From positions 2,752,440 to 2,816,439 of the forward strand of contig NZ_OZ255701.1 of the NCBI RefSeq assembly GCF_965276875.1: 64,000 nt of DNA, written 5' to 3'. The notes under the pieces were generated by a model. The model saw only the letters and a program-made list of their open reading frames with translations. It did no database searches and was not told where the DNA came from. This DNA is from Lichenicoccus sp. Its GTDB lineage: Bacteria; Pseudomonadota; Alphaproteobacteria; Acetobacterales; Acetobacteraceae. Made by a program: the position numbers and the translations under genes. Shown here piece after piece: positions 47,840 to 59,243 of this stretch (its first letter is position 1; each line of letters begins with the position of its first letter).

Positions 47840-48271
47840 TCAGGCACCCGGTTGCGTGGAAGTTGCCACGGCGACGCCTGGCTTTGCGACCGGCTCCATA
47901 TCGAGCCTGACCTCAGAGGGGTAGGTATAGTTGGCGCCGCTGGCGGCATCGACAATGAACCCTACTGCGCCACCGGCCAGGATATTGCCGAACGTCATGC
48001 CGCCGAACGACGGGGTCTGTGAGATGGTCGCGACGCGGAATCCGTCCTTCTTGCACGTGACACTCAGGTCGTTCTTGCTCTTGTCGATGCGTACGCTTCC
48101 AGGCGTGGGGTTCACCATCCCGAGAACCCTGCCCGCCCTGCTGACGGTGCATTGGGCACCTGCAGGATTTGTGGAGACGGTGAGGTTCTGGTTGCTACCA
48201 TTGACGATGGTGGCGCAGCCTGGAAGCATCCCGGCGAGGGACAGAAGCAAGCAAGTTCGTATCGAAGTCAT
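47840..48271 (-). CDS. Hypothetical lipoprotein
   Basis: MTSIRTCLLLSLAGMLPGC is a signal peptide plus lipobox. Conserved-looking small periplasmic protein. The track start 48517 is an upstream extension. Confidence 0.7.
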   Translation of the reverse strand: MTSIRTCLLLSLAGMLPGCATIVNGSNQNLTVSTNPAGAQCTVSRAGRVLGMVNPTPGSVRIDKSKNDLSVTCKKDGFRVATISQTPSFGGMTFGNILAGGAVGFIVDAASGANYTYPSEVRLDMEPVAKPGVAVATSTQPGA

Positions 48272-48580
48272 TGTCTCGGGCTCCGTTGGGCTCCCAACTG
48301 CCGCCTCGCGGCTGGGATGACGATCCCGTAACGATGCAGTAATGGCATTAACAATGAATGAAGGGCCGCATGCGGATTGGATGTTCTGATGCTTTGCGCG
48401 ATCGGTATCCCTAAGGGGCTGGGTCGTTGGGGGGAAGCTGACGACGTAGATGGTCTCAGGGCTGCCCACGGTATCGGCGCCACCGAGAATCTCTGCCGTT
48501 GACGCGGCCGCAATCACGTAGTTTAACTACGTGAAATCGGGCTGTCATAAGGTAGCTCGCGTCATGGGAGGACGGTAGGG

Positions 48581-49552
48581 ATGACCCGTACGACTGGCCT
48601 GGGGCTTTTGGCGTCGGCTGCGGCGATGGTGATGGTGGCGTCGGGGGCACACGCGGCGTGCCTGATCGGCATGTCGAACTACACGCTGGCGGCGCCCTAT
48701 TTCGCAGCACAGGACGCCGAGGCGCACAAGAAGGGTGCGGCGGAAGGCTGCAAGGTGATCTCCGCCAACGGCCAGAACGACATGACCAAGCAGATCTCCG
48801 ACATCGAGGACATGGTCTCTCGTCATGTCGATCTGCTGCTCGTCAATGCGCGCGATCCGGAGGGGCTGGTGCCCGCGGTCAAGGCGGCGGTGGCGGCGGG
48901 GGTCAAGGTGGTCGCGGTGGATAGCGGCCTCGATCCCAAGGCCGGCTACATTACGCTCGTGCAGTCGTCGAACACCCAGAACGGTCTGCTGGTCGGGCGG
49001 TGGCTCGCCAACAAGATGGGCAGCACGCCGATGAAAATCGCTTTGCTCAGTGGCGACAAGGGCAACATCGTCGGACAGGAGCGGCGTGATGGCGTGTTTG
49101 CCGGCATCGTCGAGGGTCAGCTTGCCGGCCAGGGCCATGTGAACTTCACCGTCGTCGGTCAGGGCTGGGGCGGCTGGAACCAGCAGGGCGGCATGACCGC
49201 CATGGAGGATCTGCTGACAGCGCATCCCGACATCAATGTCGTGATCGGCGAGAACGACAGCATGGTGCTCGGCGCGCAACGAGCCCTTGAACAGCATAAG
49301 CGCGATACTGGTGTCACGTTTGTTGCTGCCGCCGACGGGCAGAAGCAGGCAATCAAGCTGATCGAGGACGGCAAGTATGGCGCGACCGGTCGTAATGATC
49401 CGACCTTGGTTATCGACACCGCCATCGACGTCGGCATGAAGGCGCTGCATGGCACCCTGCCGAAGGACTTTCCGAAGACCGACTACACCAAGCCGGTCGC
49501 GATCACCAAGGCGAACGCGTCGCAATACTACAAGTCCGACGCCGTTTTCTGA
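48581..49552 (+). CDS. Sugar ABC transporter periplasmic binding protein (RbsB-like)
   Basis: GGGAGG RBS, signal peptide and a periplasmic-binding-protein type I pattern (..VDLLLVNARDP..VKVVAVDS..). Confidence 0.9.
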   Translation: MTRTTGLGLLASAAAMVMVASGAHAACLIGMSNYTLAAPYFAAQDAEAHKKGAAEGCKVISANGQNDMTKQISDIEDMVSRHVDLLLVNARDPEGLVPAVKAAVAAGVKVVAVDSGLDPKAGYITLVQSSNTQNGLLVGRWLANKMGSTPMKIALLSGDKGNIVGQERRDGVFAGIVEGQLAGQGHVNFTVVGQGWGGWNQQGGMTAMEDLLTAHPDINVVIGENDSMVLGAQRALEQHKRDTGVTFVAAADGQKQAIKLIEDGKYGATGRNDPTLVIDTAIDVGMKALHGTLPKDFPKTDYTKPVAITKANASQYYKSDAVF

Positions 49553-49560
49553 GCCGTCAC

Positions 49561-51059
<1,499 letters not shown>

Positions 51060-51060
<1 letters not shown>

Positions 51061-52052
51061 TGGCCGATGGTGCGATCGCGACCGACACGCCATCGGCGGC
51101 TGGCCGGCCCCGGTTCGACCCGGTGACGGCGTTCCGTCGCTATGGGACGCTCGTAATCTTCGTGCTGATCATCGCCGGCGCCACCTGGCAGTCGCCCGAC
51201 TTCCTGACCGTCGGCAACATCATGAACGTGCTGCGACAGGTCTCCGGCACCGGCATCATGTCGGTCGGCATGCTGTTCGTCATCCTGACCGGCGGCATCG
51301 ATCTGTCGGTGGGCTCGGTGGCCGCACTTGGCAGCGTCACCGCCGCACTGATGTTGCAGCAGCACGGCAGTTTCGTCTCGCTGGGTGCTGCGATCCTCGC
51401 GGGCGCCGCCTGCGGCGTCGTCTCCGGCTTCACCGTGGCCTATCTGCGCCTGCCGCCGTTCGTGATGACCTTGGCGGTGATGACCATCGCTCGCGGTCTC
51501 GCTTTGATCTTCTCCGACGGCCAGCCGATCATGATCGGCGACAATGGCGCCATGCTGAACAACGTCATCAACGGCTACATCGCCGGCATCCCGAACCCGG
51601 TGCTGCTGATGGCCGCGGTGTTCCTCGCGGCCGGAGTCACTCTTGGGCTGACCAGGTTCGGACGGCTGGTGCAGGCGACCGGGTCCAACATCGAGGCGGT
51701 GCGGCTCTCGGGGATCGCGGTGCCGCGCTACATCCTCGCCGTGTATGTGATCTCGGGTGCACTGGCGGCGGCGGCCGGCATCATCATCACCGGCCGCTCC
51801 GGCGTCGGCTCGGCCACCGTCGGCACCGGCGCGGAGCTTACGGTCATCGCCGCGGTGGTGATCGGCGGTGCCAGCCTGATGGGTGGTCGCGGCGGCGCGC
51901 TCAACACCCTGCTCGGCGTGCTGGTGCTCGGCGTCATCGGCAACATCATGAATCTCGCCGGCGTGCCGGGCTACAGTCAGGACGTGTTCATGGGCGTGAT
52001 CATTATGGTCGCGGTGCTGCTGCAACAGGGCTCGCAATGGCTGCGCCGCTGA
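51060..52052 (+). CDS. Sugar ABC transporter permease (RbsC-like)
   Basis: The ATG overlaps the upstream TGA (TGATG). About 10 TM with ..TGGIDLSVGS... Confidence 0.9.
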
Positions 52053-53551
52053 ACCAGGGACGCACCCTGGCGATCGATGTCGGCACCGGCAGCGTGCGGG
52101 CTGGCCTGGTCGATCGGACCGGGCGCATCCTGCGCATAGAAAGCCGCGAGCATGAGCAGATCGTGCCGCAACATGGCTGGTCCGAGCAGCGTCCGGAGGA
52201 TTGGTGGGCCGGCGTCGTGGCGGTCGTGCGCCGGCTGCTCGACGGTATGGACGCCGAGGGACACGGCATCGAGGCGGTCTGCATATGCGGCCAGATGCAC
52301 GGCACCGTGCTGCTCGACGACGATCTGCGTCCGGTCCGCGAGACGGTGCCGCTGTGGAACGACAAGCGCACCCTGGCGCTGGTGCAGGTGTACGAGCGCG
52401 ACGATCCGGACTGCCGCACGCTCGCCGACTGCGCCAATCCGCCGACCCCGGCCTGGCCCGGCTTCAAGCTGCAATGGCTGCGCGACAATGATCCCCCCGC
52501 CTGGCGGCGCGCGCGTCTGGTGCTGATGCCCAAGGACTATGTGAACCTGCGCCTGACCGGCGCGGTCGCGACCGACCGCACCGAGGCGTCCTGTTCGTTC
52601 CTGATGGACCCGGTGCGTAACGACTGGTCGGACGTGATGATCGCGCGGCTCGGCCTGGACCGCGCCATGCTGCCAACGATCCGCATGCCGCACGAGATTG
52701 TGGGCCGGATCACCGACGCGGCGTCGCGCGAGACGGGTCTGCCCGCCGGGCTGCCGGTGCTGGTCGGCGGCGGCGACTATCCGGTGGCGCTGATCGGCTC
52801 CGGCGCGCATCGGCCCGGCCTCGGTTCCGACGTGACCGGCACCTCGTGCATTGTCACCCAGATCGTCGCGCGTCCGATCCTGCATCCCGAGATCTGCAAT
52901 GTCGCGGTCGCGGACGCCGCATGGGGCGCCTTCGTGCTGCTCGAATCCGGTGGTGACGCCATGCGCTGGGCGCGCCGCGCGCTGCACGAGAACGCTGTCA
53001 GCTACGACACCCTGGTCGCCCGTGCCGCCGAGGCCCCGGCCGGCGCCGACGGGCTGCTGTTCCTGCCTTATCTCGCCGGCGAGCGCCTCGGCGCCTATCG
53101 CAACGCACGCGCCCAGTTCTTCGGGATTTCGGCGGGGCACGGGCTCGCGCATCTGCACCGCGCGGTGATGGAGGGCGTCGCGTTCTCTGTGGCGCGGCAT
53201 CTGCGTATCATGGAGGCGGCGTCGGGACACCCGATCGAGCGGGTGATCGCCTCCGGCGGCGGTGCCAAGACCCGGCTCTGGCTCGAGATCAAGGCCAGCA
53301 TCTACGGCATTCCGATCCTGGTTCCCGAAGAGGCGGAATGCGGCGTGGTCGGCTGCGCGGCGTTGGCACTTCTCGCTACCGGCCGCGCCGCAAACCTCGA
53401 TGAGGCGGTCTCCATGACCGTGCGGCATGCCGCCGAGGTCGCGCCCAATCCGGCCTGGACCGAGCGCTACAGCCGGATGCTGGAGGTGTTCGACTCCGTC
53501 TATCGCAACAGTCAGAGCCAATATGCACGGCTCGACGAACTCGCGGGGTAA
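52037..53551 (+). CDS. FGGY-family carbohydrate kinase
   Basis: The translation LAIDVGTGSVRAGL..HGWSEQRPEDWW..CGQMHG.. together with the C-terminal ..GGGAKTRLW.QI.A fits the FGGY family. It overlaps the permease by 16 nt. Confidence 0.9.
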   Translation: MAAPLNQGRTLAIDVGTGSVRAGLVDRTGRILRIESREHEQIVPQHGWSEQRPEDWWAGVVAVVRRLLDGMDAEGHGIEAVCICGQMHGTVLLDDDLRPVRETVPLWNDKRTLALVQVYERDDPDCRTLADCANPPTPAWPGFKLQWLRDNDPPAWRRARLVLMPKDYVNLRLTGAVATDRTEASCSFLMDPVRNDWSDVMIARLGLDRAMLPTIRMPHEIVGRITDAASRETGLPAGLPVLVGGGDYPVALIGSGAHRPGLGSDVTGTSCIVTQIVARPILHPEICNVAVADAAWGAFVLLESGGDAMRWARRALHENAVSYDTLVARAAEAPAGADGLLFLPYLAGERLGAYRNARAQFFGISAGHGLAHLHRAVMEGVAFSVARHLRIMEAASGHPIERVIASGGGAKTRLWLEIKASIYGIPILVPEEAECGVVGCAALALLATGRAANLDEAVSMTVRHAAEVAPNPAWTERYSRMLEVFDSVYRNSQSQYARLDELAG

Positions 53552-53554
53552 GCG

Positions 53555-54307
53555 ATGCAGGTGTTCCAGGCCGATCTGTTCGCAGGCAAGACGGTCCTGG
53601 TCTGCGGCGCCACCAGCGGCATCGGGCTTGCCATCGCCGCGGGGTTTTCCGCTCACGGCGCGGACGTCCTCGCCGTGGGCTCGTCGCAGGCCAAGATCGA
53701 CGTCCTCCGCGTGGACCCCGCTTTTGCTGGCCTGCGCTTTGTGGCACTCGACGTGCGCAGCCAGAGCGACATCACCGCCTGCCTCGAAGCCGAGCCGCGG
53801 CTCAACGTGGTGGTCAACGCCCAGGGCATCGCCCGCCCCGACGATGAATTCAATGACGACGTGTTCGCCGACGTGATCGCGGTCAACCTCACCAGCGCGA
53901 TGCGGATCGCGATGGCGGCGCGCGCGCAGCTTGCACGCAGCGGCGGCTGCATCATCAACATCGCCTCGATGTTGAGCTATCTCGGCGCACCCGATGTGCC
54001 GGCCTATGGCGCCAGCAAGACCGGCCTGCTGGGCCTGACCCGCTCGCTCGCCCATGCCTTCGGCCCGGAGGGCATCAGGGTGAATGCGATCGCGCCCGGC
54101 TATCACCGCACCGCCATGACCCGCCCACTCTGGCAGGAGCCGCAAAGCTGCGAGGCGATCGCGCGCCACGCCGCGCTGCGCCGCTGGGGCACGGTGGACG
54201 ACCTGGTTGGGGCGGCTTTGTTCCTGGCCTCGCCGGCGGCGTCCTTCATCACCGGAGCCGACCTGCCGGTCGATGGCGGCTACCTGGTGGGCGCGGTCAC
54301 CGGCTGA
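53555..54307 (+). CDS. SDR-family oxidoreductase
   Basis: TGxxxGIG motif (VCGATSGIGLA), the catalytic YxxxK (YGASK) and the motif PG...T. Confidence 0.9.
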   Translation: MQVFQADLFAGKTVLVCGATSGIGLAIAAGFSAHGADVLAVGSSQAKIDVLRVDPAFAGLRFVALDVRSQSDITACLEAEPRLNVVVNAQGIARPDDEFNDDVFADVIAVNLTSAMRIAMAARAQLARSGGCIINIASMLSYLGAPDVPAYGASKTGLLGLTRSLAHAFGPEGIRVNAIAPGYHRTAMTRPLWQEPQSCEAIARHAALRRWGTVDDLVGAALFLASPAASFITGADLPVDGGYLVGAVTG

Positions 54308-54315
54308 GACAGCCA

Positions 54316-54933
54316 ATGGAGAATACCCCCGCCATGCCTGGCCTATTGCCCAGCACCACCGTTGCGGATCCGCGCTCCGGCGCCCTGCACGGCGCCACAG
54401 GACGTTACGAGAAGCGATTCTCCGATCTGCGCGGCCTGTTCCTCGACGAGGCGGCGCTGGCGCGTCGGATCGAGGAGACCAACGACGCGGTCGCCTACGC
54501 GGTCGAGGAGTTCCGCCCCTCGGAGCGCGCCGGCGACCTGATCTTTGGCGTGAGCACATTGCAAGCCGGGCAGATCGGGCGCGAATTCGCCATGACCCGC
54601 GGCCATCTGCACGCCCGCAGCGATCGGCCCGAGATCTATTACTGCCAATCCGGGCATGGGCTGATGCTGATGGAGCAGGTCGATGGCACCGTCGAGGTCG
54701 CCGAGATGCGGCCGCAGAGCATCGTCTATGTGGCGCCGCACTGGATTCATCGCAGCGTCAATGTCGCCGCCGTGCCATTGGTGACGGTGTTCTGCTACCC
54801 AGCCGACGCCGGACAGGATTACGACATCATCGCGCGCGCCGGCGGCATGCGTGTGCTGATCGTGCCGGACAAGCAGGGCGGCTGGCAGCAGGAGCCGAAC
54901 CCGCGCTACCGCCTGCGGAATGCCGCGCCGTGA
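54316..54933 (+). CDS. Cupin-type glucose-6-phosphate-isomerase-family protein
   Basis: Cupin metal motif ..MTRGHLHARSDRPEIYYC..G.G.ML.. ..YVAPHWIHRSVN.., resembling archaeal-type cPGI. Confidence 0.7.
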   Translation: MENTPAMPGLLPSTTVADPRSGALHGATGRYEKRFSDLRGLFLDEAALARRIEETNDAVAYAVEEFRPSERAGDLIFGVSTLQAGQIGREFAMTRGHLHARSDRPEIYYCQSGHGLMLMEQVDGTVEVAEMRPQSIVYVAPHWIHRSVNVAAVPLVTVFCYPADAGQDYDIIARAGGMRVLIVPDKQGGWQQEPNPRYRLRNAAP

Positions 54934-55880
54934 CTCTCGACCGGCCAACCTTGTTCTTCATTGGGGTCTCGACAGCGCAGTCCTCGATCATGCGGATTTT
55001 CCCACGCTGGGCAAAGGCTCTGGGCTTGGGCGATTGCGCGATCGCGGGACTCGATTTTGCCCTGCACGACCGGCCGGAGGCCTACCGCGCGGCGGTGAAG
55101 GCCATCAAGGGCGACCCCCTGGCGCGTGGCGCGCTGGTCACCACCCACAAGATCGACCTGCTCGCGGCCAGTGCCGACCTGTTGGACGAACTCGACCCGT
55201 TTGCAGCCTCACAGCGCGAGGTGAGTTGCCTGTCCAAGCGTGACGGATTGCTGATCGGCCATGCCAAGGACCCGGTCTCGGCGGGGCTGGCGCTCTCGGC
55301 GATGGTCCCCGCCGGCCATTGGGCCGAGACCCGCGCTGCCGCACTGGTGATGGGTGCCGGGGGTGCTACCACGGCGATCACCTGGAACCTGACGCGGCCG
55401 GAACTTGGCGCCGATCGACCGTCGCGGATCGTCGTCACCGACATCCTGCCCGAGCGGCTGGAGGCGCTGCGCCGCTTCCACGGCAACGACATCGCCATCG
55501 AAACGGTGCTGACCACGACCGCGGCCGAGAACGACGCGCTGTTGGCGCAGCTGCCGTCTGGCTCGCTCGTCGTCAACGCCACCGGCCTCGGCAAGGACCG
55601 TCCCGGCTCGCCGCTGAGCGATGCCGCGCTGTTCCCGCGCGACGCCTTGGTCTGGGACCTGAATTATCGCGGCGACCTGCTGTTCCTGGCTCAGGCCGAG
55701 GCCCAGGCGGGGGCGCAGGCGGGCGCGCGTGGCCTGCGCATCAACGATGGCTGGACCTACTTCCTGCACGGCTGGACGCAGGTGATCGCTGAGGTGTTCG
55801 CGGTCGATATCCCAACCTCGGGACCGCGCTTTGAAGAGCTCTCCAACCTCGCCGGCGGCCCGCCGCGCGCCCATCCATGA
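54930..55880 (+). CDS. Shikimate/quinate dehydrogenase-family protein
   Basis: The GTG overlaps the upstream stop (GTGA). AroE-like layout with ..VTTHK.. and the nucleotide site ..VMGAGGAT... Confidence 0.75.
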   Translation: MTLDRPTLFFIGVSTAQSSIMRIFPRWAKALGLGDCAIAGLDFALHDRPEAYRAAVKAIKGDPLARGALVTTHKIDLLAASADLLDELDPFAASQREVSCLSKRDGLLIGHAKDPVSAGLALSAMVPAGHWAETRAAALVMGAGGATTAITWNLTRPELGADRPSRIVVTDILPERLEALRRFHGNDIAIETVLTTTAAENDALLAQLPSGSLVVNATGLGKDRPGSPLSDAALFPRDALVWDLNYRGDLLFLAQAEAQAGAQAGARGLRINDGWTYFLHGWTQVIAEVFAVDIPTSGPRFEELSNLAGGPPRAHP

Positions 55881-56812
55881 AAGCCGCACGCGGGCGCATC
55901 CTGGTCACGCCGCGCTCGCTGACGGCGGCACCCGAAGACACGCGCCGCCGGCTCGAGCAGGCCGGCTTCGAGGTCGTGCTGTGCACCGCCGGCCATACGC
56001 CCAGTGAGGCCGAACTGCTGCGTCTGCTGCCCGGCTGCGCCGGCTGGATCGCCGGGATCGAGCCGGTCTCCGAACGGGTGCTGCGCGCAGCAGCCGGTCT
56101 GCGCGCGATCAGCCGCAACGGCGCCGGCACCGACAATTTGCCGCTCGCAACCGCGGCCGAACTCGGTATCGCGGTGCTGCGCGCGCCGGGTGCGAATGCG
56201 CGCGGCGTCGCGGAACTCGCCATCGGCCTGATGCTGGCCTCGCTGCGCGCGATCCCAACACAAAGTGCCGATCTGCGTCGTGGCGCCTGGCAGCGCCGCC
56301 CAGGTGGGGAGATCGGCGGCCGGGTCGTCGGCGTCGTCGGCTGCGGCGCTGTCGGCCGTTACGTCATCAACGGTTGCCGCGGGCTCGGCGCGCGGGTGCT
56401 CGGCTTCGATCCGTTCCCGTCGTTCGCGCCGCCAGACGGGTTTGCCTGGCGCGGGCTCGACGCCCTGCTCGCCGAGTGTGACATCGTATCGTTGCACTGC
56501 CCGCCGCCGTCGGACGGCCGGCCGCTTCTTGATGCGCAACGGATCGCGCAGCTGCGCCCAGGCTGCCATCTCATCAATACCGCACGTGCAGGCCTGGTGG
56601 ATGAGCTAGCACTGCTCGCGGCGCTGGAAAGCGGTCACGTCGCCGGTTACGCCACCGACGTGTTCCCCGTCGAGCCGCCGCCGCCGAGCAAGCTGCTGGC
56701 GCATGAGCGTGTGATCGCAACACCGCATGTCGGCGGCTTTACGGCCGAAAGCGTGCGTGCCGCCGCCGATGCCGCCGTCGACAACCTGCTCTCGGCACTC
56801 ACAGCCGCATGA
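55877..56812 (+). CDS. D-isomer-specific 2-hydroxyacid dehydrogenase-family protein
   Basis: ATGA overlap with the upstream gene. NAD site GVVGCGAVGR and the C-terminal ..TPHVGG.T.E. Confidence 0.9.
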   Translation: MKAARGRILVTPRSLTAAPEDTRRRLEQAGFEVVLCTAGHTPSEAELLRLLPGCAGWIAGIEPVSERVLRAAAGLRAISRNGAGTDNLPLATAAELGIAVLRAPGANARGVAELAIGLMLASLRAIPTQSADLRRGAWQRRPGGEIGGRVVGVVGCGAVGRYVINGCRGLGARVLGFDPFPSFAPPDGFAWRGLDALLAECDIVSLHCPPPSDGRPLLDAQRIAQLRPGCHLINTARAGLVDELALLAALESGHVAGYATDVFPVEPPPPSKLLAHERVIATPHVGGFTAESVRAAADAAVDNLLSALTAA

Positions 56813-57609
56813 CCATGCGCGGCCCGTCGCTAATCTGGCTCGGCCAGGCCGGGTTCCTGCTCGATCTCGGTGATATCGTCGTGCTGATCGACCCGTATCT
56901 CTCCGACAGCCTCGCCGAGAAATATCGCGGCCGGCGCTTCGCACACCTTCGCATGATGGCACCACCGATCACCGCCGAGGCGCTGGCCCGCGTCGATCTC
57001 GTGCTCTGCACGCACAGGCATGGCGATCATATGGACCCCGGCACCCTGCCGGTGATCGCCACCCGCCATCCCGACTGCCGCTTCGTCGTGCCGGCCGCCG
57101 AACGCCGCCACGCACAGACGCTCGGGCTGCCGGAGGACCGGTTGGTCCTGGCGGCGGCGGACGAGACGATCGAGCTGCTCGGCCTTGCGATCACGCCGGT
57201 GCCGGCAGCGCACGAGAGCCTGGAGTGCGACGAGGCCGGCCGGCATCGCTTTCTCGGTTACGGCATCGCCGGGCGCGGCTGCGCGCTCTATCACAGCGGC
57301 GACTGCATCCCCTATCCCGGCCTTGCCGCGCGGGTCGCGGCACTCGGCGCGCGCCTGGCACTGCTGCCGGTCAACGGCCGCGACGCCGAACGCGCGTCGG
57401 CGGGAATCCCCGGCAACTTCACCCTCGACGAGGCGGCAGCGCTCTGCCGCGAGGCTGCCATTCCCGTCATGTTGGCGCATCATTGGGGGATGTTCGACTT
57501 CAATACCTGCGATCCGGTCGCGATCGCGTCATTTGCCGCCACAACCGAAGTGCCGCGGATCATCATGCCGCAGCCGGGCCTGCAATTGCGGATCGGATCG
57601 GATGGCTAA
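56809..57609 (+). CDS. MBL-fold metallo-hydrolase (UlaG-like)
   Basis: ATGA overlap with the upstream gene. Metal motif ..LCTHRHGDHMD... Confidence 0.85.
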   Translation: MTMRGPSLIWLGQAGFLLDLGDIVVLIDPYLSDSLAEKYRGRRFAHLRMMAPPITAEALARVDLVLCTHRHGDHMDPGTLPVIATRHPDCRFVVPAAERRHAQTLGLPEDRLVLAAADETIELLGLAITPVPAAHESLECDEAGRHRFLGYGIAGRGCALYHSGDCIPYPGLAARVAALGARLALLPVNGRDAERASAGIPGNFTLDEAAALCREAAIPVMLAHHWGMFDFNTCDPVAIASFAATTEVPRIIMPQPGLQLRIGSDG

Positions 57610-58507
57610 GCCGTCGCGCGTCGCCGGCCCCTTCGCCGGCAACGTCCTGGAGCTGATCCTGGTCAGCCTGCCGGACCTGCGCCGCTCCGACCGCCGCGTC
57701 GCCGAGCACGTCCTCGCCGACCCGCGCGCCGCCCTCGGTGCCAGCATCGCCGAGACCGCGCGCGCGGCACACGTCAGCGAGCCGACGGTCATGCGCTTCT
57801 GCGCCGCCCTTGGCTTCGAGGGCTACCAGGACTTCAAGCTGCGGCTGGCGCAGAGCGTGGCCCTTGGCATGCCTGCGACGCAGTCGGTGCTGGAGCGGGC
57901 CGACTCGCCGCGGACGCTCACCGACAAGGTGTTCGACTACACCATGAACAGCCTCGACCACGCGCGCCGGCAGATCGATCATGCCGCCATCGGCGAGGCG
58001 ATCGAGATGCTGGTGGCGGCGCGGCGGATCGAGTTCTTCGGCTTCGGCGCGTCCTGGATCGTCGCCGCCGACGCGCAGCAGAAATTCCCGCTGTTCGGGG
58101 TGCCGTGCGTCGTGCATCTCGATGACCACCAGCAATTCATTGCTGCCTCGATGATGCGGGCGGGCGACGTCGCGGTGGCGATCTCCAACACCGGCCAAAC
58201 CACCGGCCTGATTGAGATCGCGCATGCCGCGCGCGAGGCGGGGGCAAAGGTGATCGCCCTGTCCGGCAGCGGCACGGCGCCGCTGGCGCGCCTATGCGAC
58301 CTGGTGCTGCTGGTCGAGACCCTGGAAAACACCAACGTCTACACGCCGACGATCTCCCGGCTCGCGGCGCTGACCGTGATCGACGTGCTGGCTGTAGGGG
58401 TGGCGATGCGTCGCGGCCCGGAGCATCAGCGCCGGATCGCGCGCATGAAGCAGCGGCTCAGCACCATGCGCAGCACGCCGCTGCAAACGCCCGACGAGCG
58501 CGCCTGA
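57602..58507 (+). CDS. MurR/RpiR-family transcriptional regulator (HTH + SIS)
   Basis: The HTH segment ..SIAETARAAHVSEPTVMRFCAALGFEGYQDFK.. is followed by a SIS domain. It overlaps the upstream gene by 8 nt. Confidence 0.9.
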   Translation: MAKPSRVAGPFAGNVLELILVSLPDLRRSDRRVAEHVLADPRAALGASIAETARAAHVSEPTVMRFCAALGFEGYQDFKLRLAQSVALGMPATQSVLERADSPRTLTDKVFDYTMNSLDHARRQIDHAAIGEAIEMLVAARRIEFFGFGASWIVAADAQQKFPLFGVPCVVHLDDHQQFIAASMMRAGDVAVAISNTGQTTGLIEIAHAAREAGAKVIALSGSGTAPLARLCDLVLLVETLENTNVYTPTISRLAALTVIDVLAVGVAMRRGPEHQRRIARMKQRLSTMRSTPLQTPDERA

Positions 58508-58508
58508 T

Positions 58509-59243
58509 TTAGCGGCGGAAGGTTGCGACCAGCACGTCGCGGTATGCCTCCCGGCCGGCATGCAGCGGACGGATCGCGGTGACGCCGTGATAGACCCGGC
58601 CGTCATCGACCAGGGCCGTATCGAGCGGCTCCGACAGGGTGAAGCTGCCGAGCAGGCGGCGTTGCAGGTCGTGGATGCTGGTGACGCCGCTTTCGACGTT
58701 CTCGCGCGCCACCAGCAGCACCAGCACCCAGTCGACGCCGTCGCGGTGCAGGCCTTCCGGGGTCGGCTGGCCCTGCTCGCCGTCATGCGCCTCGATGCGG
58801 AACTGGTGCAGCTCGACATGCCAGTCGGCCGGCCGCAGCGCGGGCGGCGTCAGCGGCGTGAAGATGCCCTCGCAGGTGGCCAGGATCGCGCGCAGCACAA
58901 GATGGTTGCCGATCGGGTCGGTGACAGGTGCGAACCAGCGCTCGACCCCTCCGTTGAGCAGGTTGTAGTCGCGGCTCTGGTAGTGCGGCTGGTGCGGCTT
59001 GCGGGCGATATGCCCTTGTCTGACCGAGAAGGTAGCATGACGACGGCGCCGGTAGCGGCCACCGTCGGCCATGTAGCGATCGAGGCCAAGATCGTTCCAA
59101 CTCTCGGCGAAGTCGCGCCAAGCCGCTGGTTCATCCGGCATGCAGTGTCGCAGGAGTGCTGCGCGCATCTGAGGTGCACGCAGCAGCGCGAAGCCGTCCT
59201 TTGCAAGGCCGCCCTTTGTAAAGGCGAGGGGCTGGTCAGACAT
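58509..59243 (-). CDS. 2OG-Fe dioxygenase-family protein (PF10014-like)
   Basis: The translation ..RYRRRRH..F......PHQPHYQS..YN.LNGG..R.F.. and ..PEGLHRDGVDWVLV.. fit the family. Its start overlaps the upstream channel's stop by 8 nt. Confidence 0.8.
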   Translation of the reverse strand: MSDQPLAFTKGGLAKDGFALLRAPQMRAALLRHCMPDEPAAWRDFAESWNDLGLDRYMADGGRYRRRRHATFSVRQGHIARKPHQPHYQSRDYNLLNGGVERWFAPVTDPIGNHLVLRAILATCEGIFTPLTPPALRPADWHVELHQFRIEAHDGEQGQPTPEGLHRDGVDWVLVLLVARENVESGVTSIHDLQRRLLGSFTLSEPLDTALVDDGRVYHGVTAIRPLHAGREAYRDVLVATFRR

